In this document: positions 1 to 10,705 of the stretch, piece by piece | Position numbering within the stretch: position 1 is the first letter of the stretch | Layout of the letters: each line of letters begins with the position of its first letter | Origin: Octopus bimaculoides | Taxonomy: Eukaryota | Length of the DNA: 46,480 nt | Direction: 5' to 3' | NCBI RefSeq assembly: GCF_001194135.2 | Contig: NC_068982.1 | Location: 34,638,099 to 34,684,578 of the forward strand | The notes under the pieces: model-generated | What the model was told of the DNA's origin: nothing | The model's input: the letters and a program-made list of their open reading frames with translations, nothing else | Database searches by the model: none | Made by a program: the position numbers and the translations under genes

Positions 1-75
1 TATATATACATTTATATCGGACAAAGTATAAATAATGGTCGTTATATTTCCTTTATTGTTGCAAATACGACTTAC

Positions 76-137
76 AGTTGTTTCCGATAATCATTGTTGG
101 TTTGTTCATTGATCGATTTATTCAGTCGGTCCATTGA
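76..137 (-). CDS. Candidate internal exon (62 nt), SMDRLNKSINEQTNNDYRKQL, with annexin-repeat-like spacing
   Basis: Minus-strand acceptor cttttctcaaacAG and donor GTAAGT. Only one frame is open. The spacing L-x3-I-x3-T-x2-DY-x-K-x-L matches the end of an annexin repeat. No partner exon was identified. Confidence 0.3.
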
Positions 138-180
138 CTGTTTGAGAAAAGTCAGACGACCTTAAAGAACTAATTCTATC

Positions 181-259
181 TTTGTCAGAGTCAGAGTATT
201 CTAATGGAAAACAGCAGAATACCGATAAATGTTTTCCAGAATACTCTGATTCTGACGAA
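181..259. repeat. Inverted repeat/hairpin with ~30-bp arms and a 16-nt loop
   Basis: Left arm tttgtcagagtcagagtattct(aat)ggaaaaca versus the reverse complement of the right arm, ttcgtcagaatcagagtattctggaaaaca: two substitutions and a 3-nt bulge. Confidence 0.85.
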
Positions 260-1370
260 TTCTGGGGTCTCTATTATTGATTAGCCCTTTCCCGAAAAAA
301 CTCTCAAAAAACTCTCAAAAAAAAAAAAAAAATTCACCCGTCATTAACTGATGAAATAAATTAGCAGACAAGTACTGGAGTTGGTATATTTTACTATTCC
401 CTCATCCAAAATTTGTGGTCATGTGCATATGTATGAAATCAATTCATTTAATTTAATGTTACATTTTTAATGAGATAGATTAGTTTGGCTCTTTCTAACA
501 AGTAACTCGATTCTAGGCACAATTTCAGCTCAATTAAGAGTCCCTTCACGAAATTTGTTTTGGTTATAAACTTTGCTGAAAACATTTCTTCATAGAGACA
601 AGTAAAGAGAAATGCGAAAGGCACACGATTTGGTTGTGATTAATTCAAAATTGCAGTGTTAAAAACTTCACGTGCCTCATGAATCATAAGAGTACACCTA
701 CTCCGGTTTTAAAACTTCTATTCAGAGCCTTTTAGTTTATCTTCACCGCAAGTATTCTTGAGATAAATTCTTATGCAATGTCAACTTCTAACCGAAAGTA
801 AGTTTACAAGGTTGTCTGTGAGTACATAAGCAATACTTTTGACGAAGGTATATGGGAGACATTGCCGCCTTATTCTGAGCTCTGAAATGCGCTAGAATTT
901 ACTTTTATCTTTCATTCAACCCCTGTTATTTATAAACTAAATACCAGGAATATACTAAGCTTATTCAATATACCATATCAGCTATTTGTTAAATTATGTT
1001 CTCTTATGTGTAGCGAAAAATATGCCCTGCGCACAGATTTATGTGTGTATGAGAACATTCCTATAAATTAAAAATGATCTAAAACAAGTTTTAAAAAGGC
1101 AGATTAACAGACACCTGATGGAATATATGGTCTGAGATAAAAGGGTTTATTAAACAAATTTTTTCAGCTAATTTCTAATTCTTAAAGAATTTTTTCGAAT
1201 AATGTGACTATTCTAATAAATACATATGTATGTATGTACGTACGCATATATGTACCGTTATGGTTATTTCTTGTAGTATTTGGTCAGTCATTACGTGGAT
1301 TCTGGTTCGATTCCAGCGTAGAACTTTGGGAAATGCCTTCAACTGTAGGTTCGGCTAAACCAATATACTG

Positions 1371-1510
1371 ATTTCAAATTTTTGGCACAAGGCTATCAGT
1401 TTCGGGGAGGGAGTAAGTCGATTACCTCGTTCCGATGCTCATCAGGTACTTATTTTATCGAGTCCGAAAGGATGTAAAGGGAAGTAAACCTCGGCGGATA
1501 TTGAACTCTA
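1371..1510 (-). mobile_element. tRNA-derived SINE, family A (partial)
   Basis: Reverse complement of the recurrent core gagttcaaattccgccgaggtcgactttgcctttcatcctttcggggtcgataaaataagtaccag, seen more than 15 times in the window. Confidence 0.75.
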
Positions 1511-1939
1511 AGCATTTTAAGTACTAGGGTTGATTTGTTCGATTAAACCCTCCAAAATGATGCCTCGGCACTGAAACAAGTAAAACATAAGATATAGGTG
1601 TATGCAAATGTGTGTGTGTGTGTGTGTATCTCCTCGATTGCAGTCCTAGTTGTGTAGGGGCTTTCTGTTGTCTAGTACGAGTCTAGGCCTACGTTTAATT
1701 GTACCTAATGTCTTTTATTTAATTTCATGGTTAAGGCATTGTAAGGGTCATATATCTAATTAGATCTCAATCAGCTTTAGTTTATTATTCGTGGCAGTTC
1801 GTCGGGACTTTAGTAGTTACAGGAATTATATTATTGGGTTAGGTGTTAGCTAGTTCTTGCGTTATGATGGGTTTGCCACAAACACACACACACACACACA
1901 CACACATTTGTGTATTGCGTATATATCATTTATCTTCTA

Positions 1940-2053
1940 TCTTTTATTTGCTCCACATATCAGAGAAACCGCTTTTTGCTTAACTTCTAAGTTACTCGGT
2001 ACTCAGATATAACCGTAACACCGGTTGTCAAGCGGTGGTGGGGATCAATCACA

Positions 2054-2147
<94 letters not shown>

Positions 2148-2420
2148 TAAACATTATTATTTCTAAATCTCTCAAAGAGAGATTATTCAGTAACAATTCT
2201 TTAAAGTAAAAACCATTCGCCAACATAATGTGGCTGTTCTGGATGGGACAATTGTTACTGTTGTTTAACCCTGACGAACTTCTTTTAGTTTCCGTGCACC
2301 AAATCCATTCACAAGACTTTCGTCGGCCTGAGGCTTTGGTTGGTCCAAAGTGCCACACAAGTAGGATAGAACCCAGAAAACGTGATTAGGAAACAAACTT
2401 CTTACCACACAGCTACGCTT
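1940..2420 (-). mobile_element. tRNA-derived SINE, family B, with internal (CA)n/(TA)n
   Basis: The blocks accggttgtcaagcggtggtggg and gtttccgt..caaatccattcacaag..cttcttaccacacagc recur at 20155-20560, 39965-40100 and 42495-42715. The tRNA-like head is at the right end, on the minus strand. Confidence 0.8.
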
Positions 2421-2969
2421 GTGTATATATAAATATATATGATGTGTGTTTATTTATGTGCATGTGTGCGTTTACGTGTGTATCTTTAGCCGACTTATAA
2501 ATATTGGTGAGAAAATCGAAAATAAAAGCGAAATAAAACATAACAAACTATAAAAAAATACGATGATTTACGAACGAAATCCTTTGCATCGAATAAAGCA
2601 TGATTTACCACTCCTGTCAAGAATACAGTGAACCAGTGACTAATTTATCCATTGATAACTAACGACATTATTGTTCACAAATTGTGATATATAAATGAAC
2701 AAGCTGACATTCTGAGTTCAAGTATCGCCGGAGTGTCCGACCTTGACCTTCATACTTCCGGTATCGATAAAATAAGGACCACTCATCTTTTGGAGTCGAT
2801 ATCTTAGACTATTCACGCCTCCAGTAAATCAATAGTGATGATCACTTGTTGATGAACGCCTTTGATCATTGAAAGGTCAAGCAGTTGACTTTGTTTATTT
2901 GCACTCGTGCATGGATGAATAATTAGTAAAAATTATATGCCACAAATCATTATTAATAGGAAGGAAAAA

Positions 2970-3210
2970 ATGGCGGCGTTCTGATGAAATTGTCAGAGCG
3001 TTAAAAAAGCGGGGGAGGTTTTCAGGCATTTCTTCCGAATTTTTACAATCTGAGTTCGAATCCCACCGTAGTCAACTTTACCTTTCATCGTTACGGAGTC
3101 GATAAAATAAAGTACCAGCCATGTACGGAGATCAGTAATATCGACTAATTTCTCTCTCGTCCACAAAATTGCTGATTCTGTGTCTATATTAGACACCATT
3201 ATCTAAAACA
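2970..3210 (+). mobile_element. SINE family A
   Basis: Diverged head ggcggcg.. plus the core tctgagttcgaatcccaccgtagtcaactttacctttcatcg..gtcgataaaataaagtaccag. Confidence 0.75.
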
Positions 3211-3264
3211 AGATGTGTAAGAAATAATTCTATGATTCTTATTATATTCATTAAAATTCGAATA

Positions 3265-3470
3265 CTAGTCTTTTCTTTTACCTGTTTAAAACAGTGGACT
3301 GCGGCCTTACTGGGGCATGACCTTTGAACTGTTTAACCAAACATATCAGCCTTAGTACTTATTTTGTCTTTAGAGGTCTAGTACTTATTTTGTCGATCAC
3401 TTTTATCGAAACGTTAAGTTGCGAGGCATAAACACACCAACATCGGTTATCAAGTGATAGCGGGCATCGT
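3265..3470 (-). mobile_element. SINE family B, 3' part
   Basis: gactgcggcc..tgctgg-like block, then cttagtacttatt..gaaacgttaagtt..aaacacaccaacatcggttatcaag; matches 42495-42700. Confidence 0.7.
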
Positions 3471-3589
3471 GTTTTGTTTTATAATATCAGTTTGCTTCTG
3501 TAGCTAACGAAGATTTCATACACACGTTTTTCATACTGTTTTGTTAATATTCTATTTTGAATCCTGGGCATACTACGTCTTTCTCACAG

Positions 3590-3995
3590 AGAACTGGCAG
3601 AATCGTTAGCGTATTCGACAAAATTCTTAGAGACATTTCGTCCGTCTTTACGTTCTGAGTTCAAATTCTACCAAGGTCGACTTTACCTTTCATCCTTTGT
3701 GGGGCGAATAAGTAGCATTTGAAAACTGGGGTCGATGTAATCGATTAGCGCCCACACCCAACCAAAAATTCAGGCCTTGTGCCTTTAGTAGAAAGGATTA
3801 TTACTATCATTGTGAAAGGCGACGAACTGGCAGAATTGTTTGCATGCCGGCTATCGTCGTCTTAACTTGAGTTCAAATTCCACCGAGGTCGATTTTGTCT
3901 TTCATCTTTTCGGGTTCGATAAAATAAGTACCAGTTGAGTACTGGGGTCGATGAAATCGACTTACCCCGTACCCCTTGTGGCAAAATTTGAAATC
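3590..3995 (+). mobile_element. Two head-to-tail SINE family A copies (about 3590-3810 and 3817-3995)
   Basis: Each starts with gaactggcagaat(c/t)gtt, contains gagttcaaattc..gaggtcga..ggggtcgatg(t/a)aatcga, and ends in a short ATT tail. Confidence 0.85.
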
Positions 3996-4039
3996 ATTAA
4001 TATTATTATTTGTCAGGCAGTCATTCTGTTGCCAACATC

Positions 4040-4580
4040 CTCTGAGTGGCGGATTAGGTATGCCGTGGCTCCTAATGCGTAGACACGCTCTTAGGTTACG
4101 CCATCTGCAACGATTTCTGGACGGTGAGCGTGTGTGGCTCTGTTTGTGAGGCTCATCTCTCCGCAGCTCGTCTCCTTGATGGAACTGCAGCCCTGGGTGA
4201 AAAAAGGCTGTCTTCGAGTGAGTTTATTGAAAGGTGGCTTAAAGTTACGAAAATGGCAAGAGCCGGAGAGAAGGAATTGGAGAGGGCACTTGCTCCTGGG
4301 GTCTCAGGGAAATCTCGGATTGTGGGGGTTCCTCGATTATCCCTAGAAGCCTTCTTGTGTAAGGAGATCCACATCTCTATCATCCTCCCCACCCCCTTTT
4401 TTTAAACCTCTTTATGCTATGCCTATGTCTCTTCTTTTTCAGTGTATAGCATGTATACTTATTTTCTTACTTTTTTTAATCATTTTATTATATGTAAACC
4501 CCCACACTTTATGTCTGCCTTTGTATTGTCCTCCTCATCCTTCATCCTTGAGAAAAATAAATGAAATTATTATTATTATA
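4040..4580 (+). mobile_element. L1/Tx1-clade LINE 3' end remnant
   Basis: Frame GEKRLSSSEFIERWLKVTKMAR resembles the F..W ORF2 C-terminus of Tx1-type elements. It is followed by a pyrimidine-rich 3' UTR, AATAAA (~4556) and an (ATT)n tail. Confidence 0.5.
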
Positions 4581-4994
4581 ATTGTAGTTGTTGCTACTGT
4601 TGTTGTTATTGTTGCTGCTGTTGTTATTTATATCAAGGCGGTGCCCCAGCATGGTCACAGTCGACTGTCTGAAACAGAGAAAAGGTAAGAAATATTAGCT
4701 TCTATACTTTTTCTTTTTACATTTCATTCCCGTCATCAAAACTCGTTTATAATGAATCAACGAAAAAGTGCATATTTGGTTACTTGACGAAATAGAAGTA
4801 GCAGCCATATAAATCTAAAACATCAACCAATACATTCTCGGGAAGAAAAAAGATACCTGAGATGGCGTAGTCCGAGATACAGTGTGTCTGAAAAAAGACG
4901 GATATAGTTACATCTGAAACGGTTGCTCGATCAGGGCAAGATAAGCAAATCAAGGAGGGAGCCCACTATGTAGTCAACACTTGCTAGAAATAGT

Positions 4995-5575
4995 GCGAAG
5001 TTTAATTTGATCCACTTTGGAAAAGAGGATACTCTGAAACTACCATATGCCCTTCCCACGAGCGACTCTCTCGTATCATCCAACAGCACCAGAGACCTTG
5101 GAGTAACTGCTGATAGCAATCTAAGCTGGAGTCCCCACATAAACAGCAAGTTTGACTTGGCCCGCAAGATGTGATCCTGGATTCTGAGAACTTTCTGGTC
5201 TAGAGATGCTCACACCATCTTCCTTCTCTACTTTACTTTTGCCCGACTCCACCTTGAATACTGTTGCTCACTGTGGTGTCCCCACACGAAGCAAAGCATT
5301 ATGAAAGCGGAATAATTCCAGAGGTCAATAACAAGAAAGATAGACGGCATGATAGGCATTGACTATAGGGGTCGACTAAAAAAACTCAACCTCTATTCTT
5401 TCCAATGCTGCCGTGAGCGCTACATCATTTCTGTGATGTGGAAAATATTCCATCAATATTGCACAAATGATGTTGGCATCAATTTTAAAATCCACCCAAG
5501 ACCTGGCTCCACGTGCTGTCTGCCCACTACAAAAATTGAACTCAAGACACATAACAACGTTACGACACAGCTACA
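4995..5575 (+). pseudogene. CR1-clade LINE reverse transcriptase C-terminal region, degenerate
   Basis: Frame 3 reads RDLGVTADSNLSWSPHI..WILRTF..RLHLEYCCSLWCPH..FQRSITRKIDGMIGIDYRGRLKKLNLYS with two in-frame stops. These are the DLGV, LEY..W.P and QR..T motifs of CR1/L2 ORF2. Confidence 0.9.
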
Positions 5576-5780
5576 GGGTGGCCCGAAAGTCTTGTTCCCC
5601 CCTACATATTGTTTATTATTGTCTTTATTATCATTATTTTATGTTTTAGCACAACCCCGCTACATGTAATGATTTGGGCCGCTATATCAAGTAAGTACCT
5701 GATAAGACCCTATTTCTTCTAGGGCACTGTTAACCAGCAATCTTACTTGGCCATGTTAAGGGAGTGGTTTCTTCTATAGC

Positions 5781-6140
5781 TCTTGACATTACAGATCCAA
5801 AAGATGAAAAATCAATATGAGAGGTATAGAAAAAATAGCAAAGTACCTGGACCTAGCCATTGAATTACAGAGACTATGGAAATTGCGGGTAAAATGTATC
5901 CCAGTAGTTATAGGTGCATTAGGAACTAACCCTAAAGATTTGAACAGATGAATAGAGGAAAAAGGCATAACACCTAGTTTAGTACAGCTGCAGAAAACAG
6001 TGTTATTAGGGACAGCTAGGATACTTAGGAGGGTTATTGACATCTAAGGTTACTTGTTGTAGCCCGATGCTAGGGTTTTTTTTCATTTCCAACAGTATAA
6101 TCTGTTGTGTGTATATGAAAAAAAACAACAACAACAACAA
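5781..6140 (+). pseudogene. R4/Dong-clade non-LTR element: restriction-like endonuclease C-terminus and 3' end
   Basis: DITDPKD..KYLDLAIELQRLWKLRVKCIPVVIGALGT..LQKTVLLGTARILRRVIDI* (stop at 6045-6047, one internal stop), then a short UTR and a (CAA)n tail. Confidence 0.9.
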
Positions 6141-6199
6141 AAGAAATGAGATAGAGCCAATGCATGTGATAATTATCAGCATAGAGACCTTCCCGAGAT

Positions 6200-6420
6200 A
6201 AAAACAACATTATGACTTTTTTTTTCAATGTAACTAACGAAATAATACACTTGGTATTATTGTACAACCCCAGGTCAACTCTGATCATGCAGACCTATAA
6301 CCAAAGAGGGTTTCAGCTGCGATCATGCCACCTTATTTCATAGGACTTACATTTTTTCAATGTAACCATCTTTTTAAGACGGTAGGATATAATTTGAAGG
6401 AGATTTGGCTATTAAATCTT
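6200..6420 (-). repeat. Dispersed repeat family D (probable SINE/LINE tail)
   Basis: ccccaggtcaactctgatcatgcagacctat is the reverse complement of the tgatcata..gggtgacctgggg block at 29095-29280. Confidence 0.55.
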
Positions 6421-6699
6421 TTAGTAGTCCTATTATTAACTCGAGCGACACAGTTTTATGTGTAGGTTTTCAAATTTTTGTGACTTTTCGAAGTTGCACA
6501 ACCGAAGTTCTATGGAACGAGCTGTTGGGAATTGCATTTAGGTGACAACGTCCTGGCTCTTCTTGTCCCTGTCACTCGCAACTGACGTAGCCAATCGCAC
6601 ATTTTAGGTTCAAATCTTATGACTCAGATGTCCAAGGAACCAGACGTTTCAACTATGAGCACATGTGATTGGCATAAACAAATAGATGGATTGATAAAC

Positions 6700-6727
6700 T
6701 GACAAACAGGCAGATAGACAGACAGAC

Positions 6728-6762
<35 letters not shown>

Positions 6763-6866
6763 CAGATAGATAGTTAAGAAGTAGATGACAGACTTTTGGA
6801 AGGTCATCATATGCATACGTACACACTCACACAGGCATACACATACACATAAATATGTATGTTTCC

Positions 6867-6902
<36 letters not shown>

Positions 6903-7027
6903 ACATATATGTATATATATACAAATGCAGATGCATAAGTACATGTATAAATAAATATATATATATATATTTATTTATATATATATTTATATATGTATGT
7001 ATGTATGTACACACACACACACACACG

Positions 7028-7110
<83 letters not shown>
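6700..7110. repeat. Compound microsatellite: (GACA)n, (GATA)n, (CTTT)n, (TA)n, (CA)n
   Basis: Seen directly. It explains the HTHT/CVCV ORFs at 6785-7333. Confidence 0.95.
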
Positions 7111-7115
<5 letters not shown>

Positions 7116-7772
7116 TTGCGCTATGTTGTCGTTTTGTTACAAACAGCAAAATCTTGAACTTTGTCTGACCCTGCAATATAATAACTGTGCGACTCTTCTA
7201 CCTGCTGAAGTGAGAGTATGCGCATGTCCTTGTTCCAGTGCGCCTGTGTGCGGTCTACGTGTGCGTGTGTGAGCACGAACATGTGTATGTGTATGTGTGC
7301 GTGCGTGCTCGCACGCGTATCTCTGTATCTCATTGTATATGTTTAAGCCCGTTGTATGCCGTTGTACGTAAGTGTGAATATTGTCATGTGATTCGTTGGT
7401 AGTTAGTTAGTTATAAGGTTGAGAAGCAAGACACAGAAGAAAATTTCTAAAGCGGCATTCAGTGATTCGTTTTTGACCAACCACACTAATAGCCTGAAAC
7501 TGCCAGAGCAGTCAGTGGAAAGCAATACAGTGAGTAGGGGTGACATAGCATCCCTTTACCTCGCCACCTCATCATTACCGAAAATCCATTCAGACTGACA
7601 AAGGCAGCCATGCCCACCCATTTCCACCTTCACCTTGCAATGTTTCATTTCCATACCCTTTATACGCCTAACTTCACCTAACCCCCTTAACACTTTTGCT
7701 TATTTTAATTTGGATTCATTTGCTTGTCTTATTTTATTGTTTCTCTTCCTTTTTTCAATTGTTGGATCTGCT

Positions 7773-10050
7773 ACGGCGAGCTGGTAGAACCGTTAGTACG
7801 CCGGACAAAAAGTGCTTAGCGACATTTCCTCCGCCTTTACTCAGAACGAGTTCAAATTCCGCTGAGGTTAACTTTGCCATTCATCTTTTCGGGGTCGATA
7901 AAATAAGTACCATTTGAACACTGGAATCGATGTAATCGACTCATCCCCTCTCCCAAAATTCCTGCCTTTGTGACAAAATTTGAAACCATTATTATTATTA
8001 TTGTGTTTGTTGTCGCTATTTTGTNNNNNNNNNNNNNNNNNNNNNNNNNNNNNNNNNNNNNNNNNNNNNNNNNNNNNNNNNNNNNNNNNNNNNNNNNNNN
8101 NNNNNNNNNNNNNNNNNNNNNNNNNNNNNNNNNNNNNNNNNNNNNNNNNNNNNNNNNNNNNNNNNNNNNNNNNNNNNNNNNNNNNNNNNNNNNNNNNNNN
8201 NNNNNNNNNNNNNNNNNNNNNNNNNNNNNNNNNNNNNNNNNNNNNNNNNNNNNNNNNNNNNNNNNNNNNNNNNNNNNNNNNNNNNNNNNNNNNNNNNNNN
8301 NNNNNNNNNNNNNNNNNNNNNNNNNNNNNNNNNNNNNNNNNNNNNNNNNNNNNNNNNNNNNNNNNNNNNNNNNNNNNNNNNNNNNNNNNNNNNNNNNNNN
8401 NNNNNNNNNNNNNNNNNNNNNNNNNNNNNNNNNNNGTACCAGTTATACACTGGGGTTGATATAATCGACTTAATCCGTTTGTCTGTCCTTGTTTGTCCCC
8501 TCTGTGTGTAGCCCCTTGTGAGCAGTAAAGAAATAAAGAATAAGTACCAGTTGAACATTGGGGTAGATGTAATCGACTCATCCCCTCTCCCAAAATTCCT
8601 GCCTTTGTGACAAAATTTGAAACCATTATTATTATTATTGTGTTTGTTGTCGCTATTTTGTTTTAATTTCTGGTGCCCATCTCCCCCCACCCACCCACCG
8701 TTTGCGATGGTTGAATCATTAGTGCATCGGACAAAATGCTAAGCGGCATTTCTTCCGACTCTTCACGTTCTGAGTTTCAAATTCCGCCGAGGTCGACTTT
8801 ACCTTTCGTCCTTTCGAGGTCGATAAAAGTAGTACCAATTGAACACCCCTCCCCTTTTGGAGAATTTTATTGTTTAAATTATGTTGATTGTTTTGTTATT
8901 TATTTTGTACACTAATATTGCGCTTAACCCCCATTTGTCCTTCATGTCGTATCGTCCCTGTTTATTTTGTTATCCGGCCCTTTGTGGCCAATAAAGAAAA
9001 GATTATTATTATTAATGTGAAGGCAGCTAGATGGCAGAATCGTTAGCACCCCGACAAGATGATCTGCAGAATTTCGTCCGTGTCCACGTTCTGATTTCAA
9101 ATTTCACTGAGGTCGATTTTGTCTTTCATCCTTTCGGGATTTACTAAATAAATACCAGTTGAGGACTGGGGTTGATGTAATCGACTTGCTCCCACCCTCA
9201 AAATTTCAGTCCTTGAGAGAAAAATGTGTTGAGAGATGATATTATTGACTAAATAATTTCAAGGTGGTACCCCAGCATTTCAAGGTGGTACCACAAATTT
9301 CAGTCCTTGTGCCAATCGTGCTTGTACTTGCTATATTATTATAATTTCTGTTTCCCATCTTTCCCGTTTGAAAGATGCAGAATCGGTACAGCATCGGACG
9401 AGATGCTAAGCAACATTTCCTCTGTCTTTACATTCTGCGTTCAAATTGTGCCGGGGTCAACTTTACTCTCCATCCTCTCGCGTCCGATAAAATAAGTAAC
9501 AGCTGAATACTGAAGCCGATGTAATCGACTAGTCCCCTCCACCAAAATTTCAGGCCTTGTACCTTTAGTAGAAAAGATTATTATTATTATTGATAAGGTG
9601 GCGAGCTAGTTAGAGTCGTTAGCGTGCCGGACAAAACGCTAAGCGGCATTTCGCTCGTTTGCACGAGGTCCACTTTGCCTTTCATCCTTTCGGGGTCGAT
9701 AAATAAAGTACCAATGAAACACTGGGGTCGATGTAATCGAGTAGTCTCCTCCCACTAAATTTCAGGCCTTGTGCCGTTAGTAGAAAGGATTATTATTATT
9801 ATTATTGATTTTGCTGTTGCTATTTTATCTTAATTGCTGGTTCCTTTCTTTTTCGCTTGAATCAGCAGAATCGTTAGAGCGCCGAAAAATATAGCCTTAC
9901 TATATTTGTTTCGGCTCTTTACATTCTGAGTTCAAATGTTGCCGATGTCAACGTTTCGTGGTCGATGAAATATAGTACCAGTCAAATACTGGACTCGATG
10001 AAATCGATTTACCTTCTACCCTCAAAATTGGTGGCCTTCTGCTAAAATTA
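7773..10050 (+). mobile_element. Cluster of about 7-8 same-orientation SINE family A copies separated by (ATT)n tails
   Basis: Heads ggcgagct(g/a)g..gaatcgttag at about 7773, 8700, 9022, 9370, 9597 and 9860, plus 3' fragments at 8436-8620. All are on the + strand. Confidence 0.9.
9219..9278 (-). repeat. Exact 60-bp inverted copy of 11311-11370
   Basis: gaaaaatgtgttgagagatgatattattgactaaataatttcaaggtggtaccccagcat equals the reverse complement of 11311-11370 at 60/60 positions. Confidence 0.95.
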
Positions 10051-10174
10051 AGCCGTTAGACAAGAATGATGAAGACTATTCCTGCCTGACAGTTTAAACA
10101 TACTATCATTAACAACATGCTGTATTAAAACCGAGCGAAGCAGTTTATTTAACGTGATACCCCGTATACATTAC

Positions 10175-10300
10175 CTGGGGAGATGCGCCTGCGCCGAGGG
10201 ATGCACCACCACTAGTTGTACAGTATCCCACTCGCGAGGGATCAATGCAAGATGCGTCGAAACGATCGTTGTGAGCAATAAAGTTTCTCGCATATTTCAT
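10175..10300 (-). CDS. Candidate first coding exon, MKYARNFIAHNDRFDASCIDPSRVGYCTTSGGASLGAGASPQ
   Basis: CpG-rich unique island. ATG at 10300 is open for 42 codons to a CAG|GTAATG donor. A second frame from ATG 10293 (MRETLLL..) is also open. No homology recognised. Confidence 0.3.
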
Positions 10301-10378
10301 TTTCTTTCTCTATCATTTGTTATACATGTGTCTGTGTGTTGTGTGTGTGTATATATATATGTATGTATATATATATAT

Positions 10379-10454
<76 letters not shown>

Positions 10455-10633
10455 CTTTTAAGCTCGTTCATGGAAAACGGTTTCAATATGGAAAAATTAT
10501 TATGTACAGAATTGTAAAAATCGACGCTGCTTAACAAAAACCATCGCAGTAAAAAAGCACATGAAAGTTTATTTACAAAAACAAATTACGAACTAATTAT
10601 AGTTCTTAAATCTGACAGAAAGAAGCAAGTTTT

Positions 10634-10705
10634 TACGTTGGTGTAACGGTAGCACACTTGGTTGTGAAAGCAAAGACGTATGAAATTCATGTCCCACGCC
10701 TACAG
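10634..10705 (+). pseudogene. Degenerate tRNA-like sequence (GTG/His-like anticodon position)
   Basis: A box TGGTGTAACGG, D stem gtgt/gcac and loop ttGTGaa are present. The B box and anticodon stem are broken, so this is not a functional tRNA. Confidence 0.3.

Noticed and set aside
1745-1790. Minus-strand hammerhead look-alike (ctgattga gatctaattagat atatgaccc)
   Set aside because: The core is CTGATTGA, and the GAAA and helix III are absent.
7400-7690. Stop-free frames on both strands (LRSKTQKKISKAAF.. and MEMKHCKVKV..)
   Set aside because: Weak splice signals and no recognisable homology; lengths are within chance expectation.
10165-10185. atacattacctgggg resembling the U1 snRNA 5' end
   Set aside because: No further U1 sequence or Sm site follows; it is simply the complement of a 5' splice site.
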